A stretch of 63,987 nt of DNA, counting the filler, from an uncultured bacterium (GTDB lineage Bacteria; B130-G9), in assembly GCA_965372715.1 (NCBI GenBank). It is 3 parts of 3 records of this genome, joined end to end, with 100 filler letters (N's around TTAATTAATTAA, not from the genome) between each part and the next. Parts side by side here need not be neighbours in the genome. Positions count along the whole stretch, not along the records: positions 30,638 to 61,019 come from CBDVDH010000048.1; 2 more parts are not named here. The stretch is one strand, 5' to 3'. A program made the translations under genes and the position numbers. Positions 37,040-46,655 of this stretch are shown here, piece after piece. Position 1 is the stretch's first letter; each line of letters begins with the position of its first letter. The notes under the pieces are model-generated. The model was not told where the DNA came from. It saw nothing but the letters and a program-made list of their open reading frames with translations, and made no database searches.

Positions 37040-38107
37040 TCATCCTTCCCGCGAGAGCTGCTGCGCGTCGGTGACGAGGCGCCCGACCGTCTCCTCGGCG
37101 GGGCCGCTAGCGTAGCGCTTGCCGCCGCGGAAGAGATTCGCTGTGCCGTCGTCCGAGAACGCCACACCAATGTCCGCCTGCCGGGCCTCGCCCGGCCCAT
37201 TGACCTCGCACCCCATGACGGCAATAGTGATCTCTCCCTTCAAGCCTGACAAGCGCCGCTTGATGACCTCAAGGTAACCCATTAGATCGACCTTGCATCG
37301 GCCACAGGTGGGGCACGCCACAAACTCGACCCCGCGCGGGCGCAACCTAAGCACCTTGAGCAACGTTATCCCAACCTCGACCTCGTCCAGCGGGCTCGAC
37401 GAAAGAGAGACCCGAATCGTGTCGCCAATGCCATCTAGAAGCAGCGAGCCGATGCCAGTTGCTGACTTGAGTCTCGCCTCAAGCCCCGAACCCGTTGCGG
37501 TTATCCCCAGGTGAAGCGGGTAGTCGCACGTAGCGGCAACCTTGCGACAGGCGGTGACTGTCTGGGCAACGTCGTGCGATTTCAGGGACAGCTTAACGTC
37601 GGAGAAGCCCCAAGCCTCGAACTTCTGAGCGCACATCAGAGCCGATTCAGCCATCGCAGCCGCCGTCGGGCCACCGTGCTTCTTCAGCAGGAACCGCTCC
37701 AACGACCCGCTATTTATCCCGATCCGTATCGGTATCCTAGCCGCCAAAGCCGCGTCAACAACCGCCCTCAGATCGCTGTCTCGCCTCATGTTGCCGGGGT
37801 TTATCCGCACCGCATCCACCCCACCCGCAATCGTAATCAGCGCCAGCCTGTAGTCGAAATGGATGTCTGCCACGACCGGAATGGGGCTTTCCTTGACAAT
37901 GGCCTCAACGGCTCGCGCGGCCGACTCATCCGGAACCGCCACGCGAACGATGTCGCAGCCCGCCGATGCTAGCGCGCGGGTCTCTTCAAGAACCGCTGTT
38001 ACGTCCGAAGTCGAGCACTTGGTCATCGACTGGACCGACACGGGCGCCCCGCCGCCGACCTGAATGTTCCGAATCGTTATGCTGCGGGTTTGACGGCGCT
38101 GGCCCAT
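37040..38107 (-). CDS. ispG: 4-hydroxy-3-methylbut-2-en-1-yl diphosphate synthase
   Basis: PVSVQSMT, VADIHFD, RINPGN, GIGDTIRVSL, CPTCGR, VMGCEVNGPGEA. Confidence 0.97.
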   Translation of the reverse strand: MGQRRQTRSITIRNIQVGGGAPVSVQSMTKCSTSDVTAVLEETRALASAGCDIVRVAVPDESAARAVEAIVKESPIPVVADIHFDYRLALITIAGGVDAVRINPGNMRRDSDLRAVVDAALAARIPIRIGINSGSLERFLLKKHGGPTAAAMAESALMCAQKFEAWGFSDVKLSLKSHDVAQTVTACRKVAATCDYPLHLGITATGSGLEARLKSATGIGSLLLDGIGDTIRVSLSSSPLDEVEVGITLLKVLRLRPRGVEFVACPTCGRCKVDLMGYLEVIKRRLSGLKGEITIAVMGCEVNGPGEARQADIGVAFSDDGTANLFRGGKRYASGPAEETVGRLVTDAQQLSREG

Positions 38108-38125
38108 GACTCTCTGCCGGTTGTC

Positions 38126-38232
38126 GTAGGGGCGGCGCTTGCCCCGCCCTTCTTTGATGTGACCGAACGCTCGCCGGCAGGCGCAGTCTCGCCAAAGGCG
38201 GATATCAAGGGCGGGGCAAGCACCGCCCCTAC
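38126..38232. repeat. About 107-bp REPIN, near-identical to 54013-54120 (inverted)
   Basis: REP arms plus shared spacer TGATGTGACCGAACGCTC..GCCGGCAGGCGCAGTCTCGCCAAAGGCGGATATCAA. Confidence 0.85.
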
Positions 38233-38312
38233 AATCAAAAGCACACCATTTCCTGTATCGTTATTCCATGCCCCGTGCATCTGCGTAATCTGCGTAATCT
38301 GCGGATAGCCTC

Positions 38313-39683
38313 TCAAAATATCTTGCCCGGGTTCAGGATGTTGTTTGGGTCGAAGACCCGCTTGACCCTACGCATGAGCTCAAGCTGGGTTCGGCCAATC
38401 TGCTTCTCGAGGAAGTCAAGCTTCGTGATCCCCACGCCGTGCTCGCCCGTGATTGTCCCTTCAAGTTCGAGCGCGATCTCAAAGACCCGCCTAGCCGCTT
38501 CCTCTGCCCGTTCCTGCATGCCGTCAACGTCGGGGTCGTAAAGGATGTTCACGTGGATGTTGCCGTCGCCCGCGTGGCCGAAGTTGGCGATCACAAGGTC
38601 CATCTCGCTTGCAACCTCGCCAATCCGCCCTAACAGCTGTGGTATCCGGGACGGGGGGACCGCCACGTCCTCGTTCACTTTACGAGGCGCGAGGCTTGAC
38701 ACAGCGGAGGAAAGAGCCCGCCTGGCCCGCCACAACTCCTCCCGCGCGTCATCTTCATCAGCGGATTCGACGGAAATAGCGCCGCACTCCTTGCAGATGG
38801 ACTCGACGCGACGCCGCTGGTCTGCGAGCACCCGTATGGGGCCATCCGCCTCGACAATTAGGATAGCGCCCGCGTGGGTGGGCAGCCCCATCTGCTTGTA
38901 TTGTTCGACTGCCCTGATGCACGTTGCGTCCATGAACTCCAGTGCCGCAGGGAGCATCCTCGACTCGATTATGCTCGCCACGGTCCCTGCGGCCTCCGCA
39001 ACGGATGAGAACACGGCCATGATCGTTGTCTTGCCCTCTGGAAGTGGCACGAGGCGCAGGTTGATCTCGGTGATGATACCGAGTGTGCCCTCGGAACCGC
39101 ACAAGAGCCGCACGAGGTCATACCCGGCGACGTTCTTGACAAGTGTGGCGCCCGCGCGAATGGTCTCGCCCGTTCCTAGCACAACCTCAAGACCCAGCAC
39201 GTAGCTTCGGGTGACCCCATACTTGACGCACGTGGGGCCGCCGGCACACTCGGCCACATTCCCGCCAATCGTCGAGAACTCCAGGCTCGCGGGGTCGGGT
39301 GGGTAATAAAGTCCCTTGCTCTCAACCGCCTTTCTGAGGTCAGCGTTCACGACGCCCGGCTCTACCGTCGCCACAAGGTTTGCCACGTCAATGCTCTTGA
39401 TGCGGTTCATCTTTGTCAGGCAAAGCGCGATGCCGCCCTTCGTGGGGAGGGAGCCGCCCGTGAAGCCGGACCCCGCGCCCCTCGGAAAGACCGGTATCCG
39501 ATGTTCGTTCGCCAGCTTGACTATCTCAGCAACCTGCTGGGCATTCTCCGCGAGAACGACGACCTCCGGCTCGTACTGGAGCCGCGTAGCGTCATAGGAG
39601 TAGCAGAAACGCTCCGCCTCTCCCTCGCTGAAGTTCTCCCGCCCCACAATGCTTCTTAACGAATGCTTGAGCTTCCTGTCCAT
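38313..39683 (-). CDS. glcD: FAD-linked oxidase, GlcD/D-lactate dehydrogenase family
   Basis: PRGAGSG, YPPDPAS, STIGGNVA, GSEGTLG, HAGDGNIH, GEHGVG, NPGKIF. Confidence 0.9.
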   Translation of the reverse strand: MDRKLKHSLRSIVGRENFSEGEAERFCYSYDATRLQYEPEVVVLAENAQQVAEIVKLANEHRIPVFPRGAGSGFTGGSLPTKGGIALCLTKMNRIKSIDVANLVATVEPGVVNADLRKAVESKGLYYPPDPASLEFSTIGGNVAECAGGPTCVKYGVTRSYVLGLEVVLGTGETIRAGATLVKNVAGYDLVRLLCGSEGTLGIITEINLRLVPLPEGKTTIMAVFSSVAEAAGTVASIIESRMLPAALEFMDATCIRAVEQYKQMGLPTHAGAILIVEADGPIRVLADQRRRVESICKECGAISVESADEDDAREELWRARRALSSAVSSLAPRKVNEDVAVPPSRIPQLLGRIGEVASEMDLVIANFGHAGDGNIHVNILYDPDVDGMQERAEEAARRVFEIALELEGTITGEHGVGITKLDFLEKQIGRTQLELMRRVKRVFDPNNILNPGKIF

Positions 39684-39750
39684 TACACGAACTACCCTAG
39701 AATCGATGGTCCTGCTCGTTTCGAGCCTATCATAGAGAACTGTAGTTCAC

Positions 39751-40905
39751 TCAGGCCGTAACGTCAAAGGCCGGACCCTGACTCGCGAAAAGATCGCCGA
39801 AGGCCTCCAGCTGCCGCGGCAGCGGCGCCGAACTGACCATCGCCTTTATGTCGGTCACCTTGAGACCAACCGCCTGCAAGCCGTCGGCCAGGCGCTCCGA
39901 ATGCTCGACAATGAACTCCCGAACCGCCTTCCGCTCGGTCGCGAACAAGCAACTGATTCTGCCGTCGTTGATGGCCGCGACTGCTTTGATTCGGCCCAGC
40001 GCCGAAAGGTCGATGAGCAGCACAATTTGGCAGCGGTCGGGGTCTATCTTCCCGTCCCTTGTGTCTTCCTTCCTGGAGCGAACCATGAGCTCCGCAACGC
40101 CGCTTTCGCCCAGCCAAACGACAGGCAGCTGCAAGTAAAGCTGGGCGCCTCGCTGCCTCAAAAAATGGTTGGCGAGCTGCTGGAACTCGACGTTATCGTA
40201 AAGATCGGTGCAGAGCGATAGAACCAGCTGCAAGTTGGCCCTGGTCGCAGCATCACGAATGCCGCCGCCAGAAACGCGATTTGAGATCATCGCAACCAGT
40301 TTCTCTAAATTGGGCTTCAGCGACTTCTGAAGCTGCCGCTTGAGGAGCATGAATGGCGTGCCAAGCACCATCGCACGGGCTATCGAAGCCTCGTGCACTA
40401 GACCAAGAGCCCTCGCAAGCGACATCAGCCTCTCGGCAATCGCCGCGGAACCGGCCTTCTCCCCGGGGCCCAGCAGAGCCAGAATCCGATCAAGTATGGA
40501 CAGTTCACTCGCTTTGAGAGCGCTTGCCGCCCGCAGCCGCGCCGCTGCCAGCATGTCAGCCAGCTTGCCAAGCGAGGCGTTCGACTGCCACGTCCGACCG
40601 AGCGTGCGCAGGAACTCGCTCTGGAGCCTTGCCTGTTTCGACAGAAGGCCAAGCTTTATCTCGCTGCCGAGCGTCTGGACCTTGGCGAATATCTCCTCGC
40701 CGGCCGAAAGCGCCACTTTGGGCCGGGCAACGATCTCGGTGCCCTTGAACGAGATGATCGCCCGCCCGTCGGGCAGTATCCTCAGCACCTTGCCCTTCAG
40801 CAGGTCGCCCACTCTCAACGTCAGTCTGGGCCGGACCTCCTGGTCCTTCAAGAGAATCCGCATCTGGCCCACAACGAGCTGGTCTATCGCGCTTATGAAG
40901 CTCAC
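39751..40905 (-). CDS. FliK-like (hook-length control domain) protein
   Basis: YLQLPV..., IDLSALGRI and L...LQAVG C-terminal pattern typical of FliK_C-like proteins. Confidence 0.6.
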   Translation of the reverse strand: MSFISAIDQLVVGQMRILLKDQEVRPRLTLRVGDLLKGKVLRILPDGRAIISFKGTEIVARPKVALSAGEEIFAKVQTLGSEIKLGLLSKQARLQSEFLRTLGRTWQSNASLGKLADMLAAARLRAASALKASELSILDRILALLGPGEKAGSAAIAERLMSLARALGLVHEASIARAMVLGTPFMLLKRQLQKSLKPNLEKLVAMISNRVSGGGIRDAATRANLQLVLSLCTDLYDNVEFQQLANHFLRQRGAQLYLQLPVVWLGESGVAELMVRSRKEDTRDGKIDPDRCQIVLLIDLSALGRIKAVAAINDGRISCLFATERKAVREFIVEHSERLADGLQAVGLKVTDIKAMVSSAPLPRQLEAFGDLFASQGPAFDVTA

Positions 40906-41762
40906 AACGCTGGCTCCTCAGTGTGTGGCGGGCTTTCCAGCCTGCCAAGCTCGTCGGCATCATCAACGCTGTGCCAGAGGGTCGGCGTCGCGAGAGTGCC
41001 CACGATCACCGATTCAGCGCCGGCCTTCTTGAGAGCCTTTGCACACTCATTTGCAGTGGCGCCGTGCGTGAAGATGTCATCGACCAACAGAACGTGAGCA
41101 CCGCAGACGGCCTTCCGGTGCGTTACCTTGAAGGCATTCTTCACGTTCTGTATTCTCTTCCGCGGAGAGAGCGTGCTCTGGAACTCGGTCGCCCTTGTCC
41201 GCTCCAGCGACTCGTATTGAACTGGCACGCCAAGCGCCGTGGCGAGGTGTTTGGCCAGAATCGCAGACTGGTTGAACTCTCGCTCCCTGAGGCGAGAAAC
41301 GTGCAGCGGCACCGGAATCACCACGTCGGGCTTGGTCCCGTCATCGGCGGGATGGTTCTCGAGCCGCGGCGGAAGAAGACTGGCCAGCCGTCCGCCGAGC
41401 ACCTCGCCAATGCTGAAGCGCTTCCGATATTTGAACGCTAGTATCGCCTCGCGCATCCGGCCCTCGTAAAGAAACGTCGAGACTGCGTGGTCGAAATACC
41501 ACTTCTCGGTCCGACAGGCGCCGCAAACAAACGAGCTGACACATTCCACCGCGCTGGGTTCGAATCTCGGCTTACCGCATTTCGCGCAGCACGCCGAAAC
41601 AAGCTGCTGAAAGGTTGAGGCGCAATCGGGGCAGACAGCTGCGCCGGATTGCGTCTCTCCACATAGCGGACATCCCGAGCGGAAGACCAGCTGGAATAAG
41701 GCCAAGAAAGGAGCCGCAATCGCCCGCGAAAGGCCGGCGCCTCGTCCAGGCTCAAAAGTCAT
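40902..41762 (-). CDS. comF: ComF family amidophosphoribosyltransferase-like protein
   Basis: Double zinc ribbon, PVPLH..RLREREFNQS, LLVDDIFTHGAT. Confidence 0.9.
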   Translation of the reverse strand: MTFEPGRGAGLSRAIAAPFLALFQLVFRSGCPLCGETQSGAAVCPDCASTFQQLVSACCAKCGKPRFEPSAVECVSSFVCGACRTEKWYFDHAVSTFLYEGRMREAILAFKYRKRFSIGEVLGGRLASLLPPRLENHPADDGTKPDVVIPVPLHVSRLREREFNQSAILAKHLATALGVPVQYESLERTRATEFQSTLSPRKRIQNVKNAFKVTHRKAVCGAHVLLVDDIFTHGATANECAKALKKAGAESVIVGTLATPTLWHSVDDADELGRLESPPHTEEPAL

Positions 41763-42145
41763 GAACCCGACGTCCTGTCTATTGCATCAACCTTTTCGGC
41801 GACCAGACTTTGCGGCATCGCCTTGATGAAGTATTTTAGCGCGAGTGCGAGTATGACGATATCATCGATGTATCCTAACCCTGGGATCGTGAAGTCCGGG
41901 AGCAGGTCGAGTGGCGAGAGGAAGTAGATGACTGCGAGCACGAGGACGGCTTTCGGGAGGATGGGCGCTCTCTTGTCCCAAAACAGCGACCAGTAAAGCC
42001 TCGCGAAATTCGGCAGATGAAAGAGAAACGAGAAGAGACTTCCAGACCTCAAGCCGCTGGATGCGCTCGAACCTCTGCCAACTTCCTTCGACTTCTTCCA
42101 TCTGATCATACACAGACCATACCCCATAGCAGTTCTCAACGGCAA
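41759..42145 (-). CDS. YkvA/DUF1232 family membrane protein
   Basis: YFLSPLDLLPDF..PGLGYIDD; start uncertain. Confidence 0.85.
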   Translation of the reverse strand: MPLRTAMGYGLCMIRWKKSKEVGRGSSASSGLRSGSLFSFLFHLPNFARLYWSLFWDKRAPILPKAVLVLAVIYFLSPLDLLPDFTIPGLGYIDDIVILALALKYFIKAMPQSLVAEKVDAIDRTSGS

Positions 42146-42192
42146 GATGCGTCATTGAGGCGTCATAAGGAGGCTGGGTCATAATTGCCCTT

Positions 42193-42293
42193 GTAGGGGC
42201 AGGCCTTGCGTCAGCCCGATATACAGATGGTTGGGTCTGATTCGCGCCCCTGGGCAACAGACGTTCAGGGCAGGCACGGAGACCTGCCCCTAC
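42193..42293. repeat. REPIN-like inverted REP pair
   Basis: GTAGGGGCAGGCCTTGCGTCAGCCC ... GGGCAGGCACGGAGACCTGCCCCTAC. Confidence 0.65.
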
Positions 42294-42454
42294 GTCCAGA
42301 ACTACCCCCGTCCCAGGATTCATCCTTCACTGAGTCTGGCGTTGCGACCGAATGTCCGATGTGCCAATATGCCAATCGAGGCGTGCCGGATAAATGCCTC
42401 GCAGGTTGATGGCGGCGCGATGCGGGATCTGTTCTGACCGGCGTTTGTAGGGGC

Positions 42455-43327
42455 ATGGGACTGGGGGCTTTAGACCGACATAAGAGGAATGGAATAATGC
42501 GTGGTATTGCTTGGGTAGCGATGATCGGAACGGTTACGGTCATTGTCTCCATATTCCTTGTGTTTATGTTCAGCGACTGGGCCAAGGACAAGCCGCCACC
42601 TGTTGCGCGACCGGCGTCGGCGCCGGCAGGCTCTGAAGGCCCGTCGATTGCGGGGATACGGCTGCCGGTGGACAAGTCGGGCGAGATCGCCTACACGCCT
42701 GAGAGCTTCGACATCGTAGCGACCGCCCTGTTTAAGAACGTCTATCGCCTCCTGGCCCAGCAGATATACGGCGACTACGGAATCAACGAGGGCGTGTGCA
42801 TCGACGTCGATTGTGGGCCGTGCGGCCTCTCGATCGAGCTGGCCAAGATCACAGACCTTCAGTTCTTCGCGCTCGACATCGACCCCGCCGTCTTTCCGAT
42901 TGCGAGGCGCAAGCTGAACGAGGCGCGATTGATGCGACGGTTCTCGCTCGTGACCGGCGATGCACAGGACATGCCCTTCAGGGACGGCCTCGCCGACCTG
43001 ATCGTCAGTCGAGGCTCGTTCCTCTTCTGGGACGACCAGGTCGCGGCGTTCCGCGAGATATTCCGCGTTCTAAAGCCCGGCGGCGTCGCGTTCGTCGGCG
43101 GCGGTATGGGCAGATTTCTGCCCCACGAGGACCTCAAGAGAATCGGCAATGAGCTCAAGCGCCTCAGATACGGACCTCGATACTGGGGCATCACCGCCCC
43201 GTCGGTTTCCGAGGTGCGAGACATACTCAGAAAAGCCGGGGTCCCGGCCGCCAAATACAGGATCATTGAAGAGTCTGAGCCCGAATCCGGCTGCATCTGC
43301 GAAATGTGGGTGGAGATCAAAAAGTGA
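42455..43327 (+). CDS. Membrane-anchored class I SAM-dependent methyltransferase
   Basis: N-terminal TM helix; GDAQDMPF, LIVSRGS..FW, FRVLKPGG; start may be 42497. Confidence 0.8.
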   Translation: MGLGALDRHKRNGIMRGIAWVAMIGTVTVIVSIFLVFMFSDWAKDKPPPVARPASAPAGSEGPSIAGIRLPVDKSGEIAYTPESFDIVATALFKNVYRLLAQQIYGDYGINEGVCIDVDCGPCGLSIELAKITDLQFFALDIDPAVFPIARRKLNEARLMRRFSLVTGDAQDMPFRDGLADLIVSRGSFLFWDDQVAAFREIFRVLKPGGVAFVGGGMGRFLPHEDLKRIGNELKRLRYGPRYWGITAPSVSEVRDILRKAGVPAAKYRIIEESEPESGCICEMWVEIKK

Positions 43328-43433
43328 AGGAACGCAAAAGAAAAGGGTTGACATGATCTTGATTCCTCCTTAGGCTGTTTTGGAGACGAAAAACAGAGCG
43401 GGCCAGCTCTGTAACTTGTAGGGAGGAAAAATT

Positions 43434-44011
43434 GTGATGAAACACCCAACTATCTTTCTTCTGTGCGTCGCATCGGCGGTAACACTCGGCGTCATCGCCT
43501 GGGCGGCGTTTCCACCAAACGCGGGGGGCACAACGGTTGAACCTGTTCCCCTGGTTAGCTTCCAGCAGGCTGTAGAGACCGAACCGATCACCGATGGTCC
43601 GGGCACATTGTCCTATGATACGTGTCTCAGGGACTGTCACATGATCGGATGGGGGGGGTCGATCCCCTCGCAAGCGACTCGTGTATCGTTGTCTTTCACA
43701 CCTTTCATCTCGTGGAAGACCCGGGGGACCCAGACTGTTGCAGCCACGACGCCCCGAACTCACTGATGTTCTACATCCATCCCGAAGGAGGGCAGGACGA
43801 CCCTTACGAGTTAGACCGCACGGGTCCGTATTCCGGGATGGGCTATAGCTGCGACGTTTACGACTACCAGAAGGGGCTTTCGCTGCAGGACGAGCATGGA
43901 TACTACTACAGATTCGCTCACGAGAGCAAAACGGACTGTAGGTGCCCACCAGGCGGGAGTGACGAGGACCCAGACTACATGTATTTTTATGTTGATTGTG
44001 AGCCAGAATAG
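43434..44011 (+). pseudogene. Secreted Cys-rich protein split by a frameshift at a G8 tract
   Basis: Signal-peptide ORF 43434-43766 and ORF 43622-44011 join at G8 (43651-43658); one extra G gives ...CHMIGWGGVDPLASDSC...; GGAGG RBS. Confidence 0.6.
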
Positions 44012-44111
44012 AGAACAGCGATAGAATAATAGACTGACAGGAGCTGGCCCCGCTCGAGAATCGGTCTATGAAGAAAGTCAATCTTCCTATTGGATTCGCA
44101 GGAGGCAGATC

Positions 44112-46379
44112 ATGTGGAGAGAGTATTGCGTTTTACTAGTTCTTACCATTTACGTGGCTGTCGCGCCATCGCTCGCTGACGAATGGCAAAACTACGACTC
44201 GCCGGGCTGGCGCGAAGTGTCGTATGCCTCGCTTGGCCCGGAGGGCTCGATCTGGACCCAGGGCGGGGCTACGAACGTGGCCAACCTCGTGCGCTGCCGT
44301 TATCTTGGCGGCGAGGTATCCTGGCGCCACTATGGCCGCTACAACAGCGTCGTAACACCCGAGTTTGTTAACTGCATATACGCGGACCTAAATGGCGTTT
44401 GGACAGGGACCTATGAGGGTTTGGTGCTTTTTTCTGGTTACGACACCCGGACTTACACGACTGATAACAGCGCGCTTGCAGACAATTCCGTGCGTAGGAT
44501 TTGCGGCGATGGTGAGGGCGGAATCTGGGTGGCCACATACAGGGGCTTGAATCGTTTCAACGATGGCATTTGGACGACGTTTACCTCAGGGAGCACGATC
44601 CTCCCCGGTGAACTGGGCTACTGCGTGATGGACTATGATAGAAACTCCGGCTTACTCGCGCTCACAGCTGGCACAAGTGAACACCTCGGTCTGTACGTCT
44701 ATGACGGAGACGAATGGTATTCGTGGTCGTCCGACGATTCGGAGCTCGTCGTGGACTTGCCCCAGGACCTGGCATTCGACCACGATGGCCGGCTCTGGAT
44801 CGCCTTCGGCGAGGACGGGGGACTCCAGAGCTTCGACGGGGTCAACTGGACGCAGTACACACAGGAGAACAGCGGGCTCCCCATCAGCAGCGTCAGCGAC
44901 ATCGCCGTCAGCCCGGACGGGGAGATATACGTGGTCTGCAAGAGCGTCTGCAAGTTCGTAAACGGCAGATGGGTTATCCTGCCGATCACAACTCACTCTG
45001 CCGATCCGTGGTTCCAGGGCCTTGTGTTCGACATGGAGGGCGCCCTGTGGGTCTTCTCTAGCGAGGGCCACATCAGGCTGCACGAGGGCCTCAAAGAGCT
45101 TCACTACCCGACCACGATGGGCCTGATAGATGCCAGCGCGCACAATAGGATCGTCTGCTCTCGATTCAGCGACGCGGTGTGGATTGCAGGCTATGGGCTT
45201 TGCAGATTCCAGGGCGGCAGCTGGGACGCCTGGACCCAGGACAACTCCGCCCTTGAGAGCACCGTTATTCGAGACATTGAGGAGGCGCCGGACGCCTCAA
45301 TATGGGTTCTCAACGGATACTCGCTCGACCGCTTCGACGGGCGGGAATGGACGAACTTCAGCCGGGGCATAGGCTACTTCCATCCGGATTGCCACGCCCA
45401 GGACCTCGTCATCGACGATGACTACGTAGTTTACGTCGCAACGTCGGACGGCCTTCTCAGGTTCGATTGGGAGTGCTGGACGAAGTTCCCCACGCCGGAC
45501 GGGAGGGGGCTAGACGCCATTGCAGTGGACAAGGCCTCTGGCACGCTCTATGCGATTGGCCAATTGTTCAAGCTCCACACCTTCGTCAACCAAGAATGGC
45601 AGGAGACCACGGAGCTGGATAGTCAGTTCTACGTGTGCTCCCTGGCGGTAGATCGTGACGGCGTGGTCTGGGGAACCGCGGACCGTCTCGACCCCTACTA
45701 CGGCGCCTTCTCATTCGACGGTGAGACCGTTCAGTATTACAGAAGCTCGAACGGCGGCATCCGATATGGGCCTGTGAAGCAGGTCGCTGTCGATGAGGAC
45801 AACGTCAAGTGGTTCGCGATAAACAGTGAAGAACTGCCAGGCGGGGGCATCTGCTCGTTCGACGGCACGGTCTGGACGACGTACACCTGCCAGAACAGCG
45901 GACTGGTTCAGAAGTGGGATGACTGGACGCCGGCCTTCCTCTCGGTCGCGTGCGACGACAATGGGAACAAGTGGTTCGGCTCCAGGCACTTCGGGGTGAG
46001 CAGGCTGAGCAACATCGGGATGCCTGACCCGCTGCCGTCGGTTCAGCTTTTCCTCAACCAGCCCGAGTATCAAGTTGGTGATTTCATGGACGTGCTGCTG
46101 AGCGAGACGAACCTGGCTGGCAATTCGTGGGACGTCAACCTGTTGATTGCGGTCATGCTCCCCGATGGCAGTCTCTACTATTTCCCTCACTGGACGACCG
46201 CGTCCATCGCCTTCATGTTTCAGCAGATACGGCCCGGAATGAAGACTGAGCCTGAGGCATTCTTCGGGATAGAGGTGGGAGACTGGCTGCCAAAGGGCGA
46301 ATATACGTGGTTCGCTGGCCTTGCCGACCAGGACGGCATCGTCGGCCATATCGCAAGCGCGCAGTTTCAGCTGCAATAG
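44112..46379 (+). CDS. Secreted beta-propeller protein (two-component regulator propeller repeats) with C-terminal Ig-like domain
   Basis: Signal peptide; repeated FDG..W..YT..NS.L and D..G.LW motifs; AGGAGG RBS. Confidence 0.85.
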   Translation: MWREYCVLLVLTIYVAVAPSLADEWQNYDSPGWREVSYASLGPEGSIWTQGGATNVANLVRCRYLGGEVSWRHYGRYNSVVTPEFVNCIYADLNGVWTGTYEGLVLFSGYDTRTYTTDNSALADNSVRRICGDGEGGIWVATYRGLNRFNDGIWTTFTSGSTILPGELGYCVMDYDRNSGLLALTAGTSEHLGLYVYDGDEWYSWSSDDSELVVDLPQDLAFDHDGRLWIAFGEDGGLQSFDGVNWTQYTQENSGLPISSVSDIAVSPDGEIYVVCKSVCKFVNGRWVILPITTHSADPWFQGLVFDMEGALWVFSSEGHIRLHEGLKELHYPTTMGLIDASAHNRIVCSRFSDAVWIAGYGLCRFQGGSWDAWTQDNSALESTVIRDIEEAPDASIWVLNGYSLDRFDGREWTNFSRGIGYFHPDCHAQDLVIDDDYVVYVATSDGLLRFDWECWTKFPTPDGRGLDAIAVDKASGTLYAIGQLFKLHTFVNQEWQETTELDSQFYVCSLAVDRDGVVWGTADRLDPYYGAFSFDGETVQYYRSSNGGIRYGPVKQVAVDEDNVKWFAINSEELPGGGICSFDGTVWTTYTCQNSGLVQKWDDWTPAFLSVACDDNGNKWFGSRHFGVSRLSNIGMPDPLPSVQLFLNQPEYQVGDFMDVLLSETNLAGNSWDVNLLIAVMLPDGSLYYFPHWTTASIAFMFQQIRPGMKTEPEAFFGIEVGDWLPKGEYTWFAGLADQDGIVGHIASAQFQLQ

Positions 46380-46412
46380 CGGAGTTAGGATATTTGGGCT
46401 CACTGAAAGGGA

Positions 46413-46526
46413 GTTCGCCGCGCGGCGAACCCCGTGTGAAACGCGGGGTATCCGTGCAAGCCCACAATCCTAGCCCCGAATGGGGGGGACAATCTCGTAG
46501 CGAGATTGTCCCCCCCATTCGGGGCT
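46413..46526. repeat. Palindrome cluster (18-bp perfect palindrome plus 26-bp perfect inverted repeat)
   Basis: GTTCGCCGCGCGGCGAAC (46413-30); AGCCCCGAATGGGGGGGACAATCTCG-TAG-CGAGATTGTCCCCCCCATTCGGGGCT (46472-526). Confidence 0.85.
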
Positions 46527-46562
46527 GATTGTTTTTCCGTCTGTTCTGATCCGCGTCGCAGA

Positions 46563-46592
46563 TTGACACATTGCGCAGAATTAACGTATTCT
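46563..46592 (+). promoter_or_regulatory. Putative promoter of the BstYI-like RM operon
   Basis: TTGACA, 18 nt, TATTCT. Confidence 0.45.
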
Positions 46593-46655
46593 ACTTTGAG
46601 CTTACCGGGTGCTGAGTCTCCGGTTAGAGTTATGAGAAGCAGGTGAGAAACTTGT

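Noticed and set aside
39751-40905. Flagellar or type III secretion locus
   Set aside because: Only a lone FliK-like gene; no other flagellar or T3SS genes in the window.
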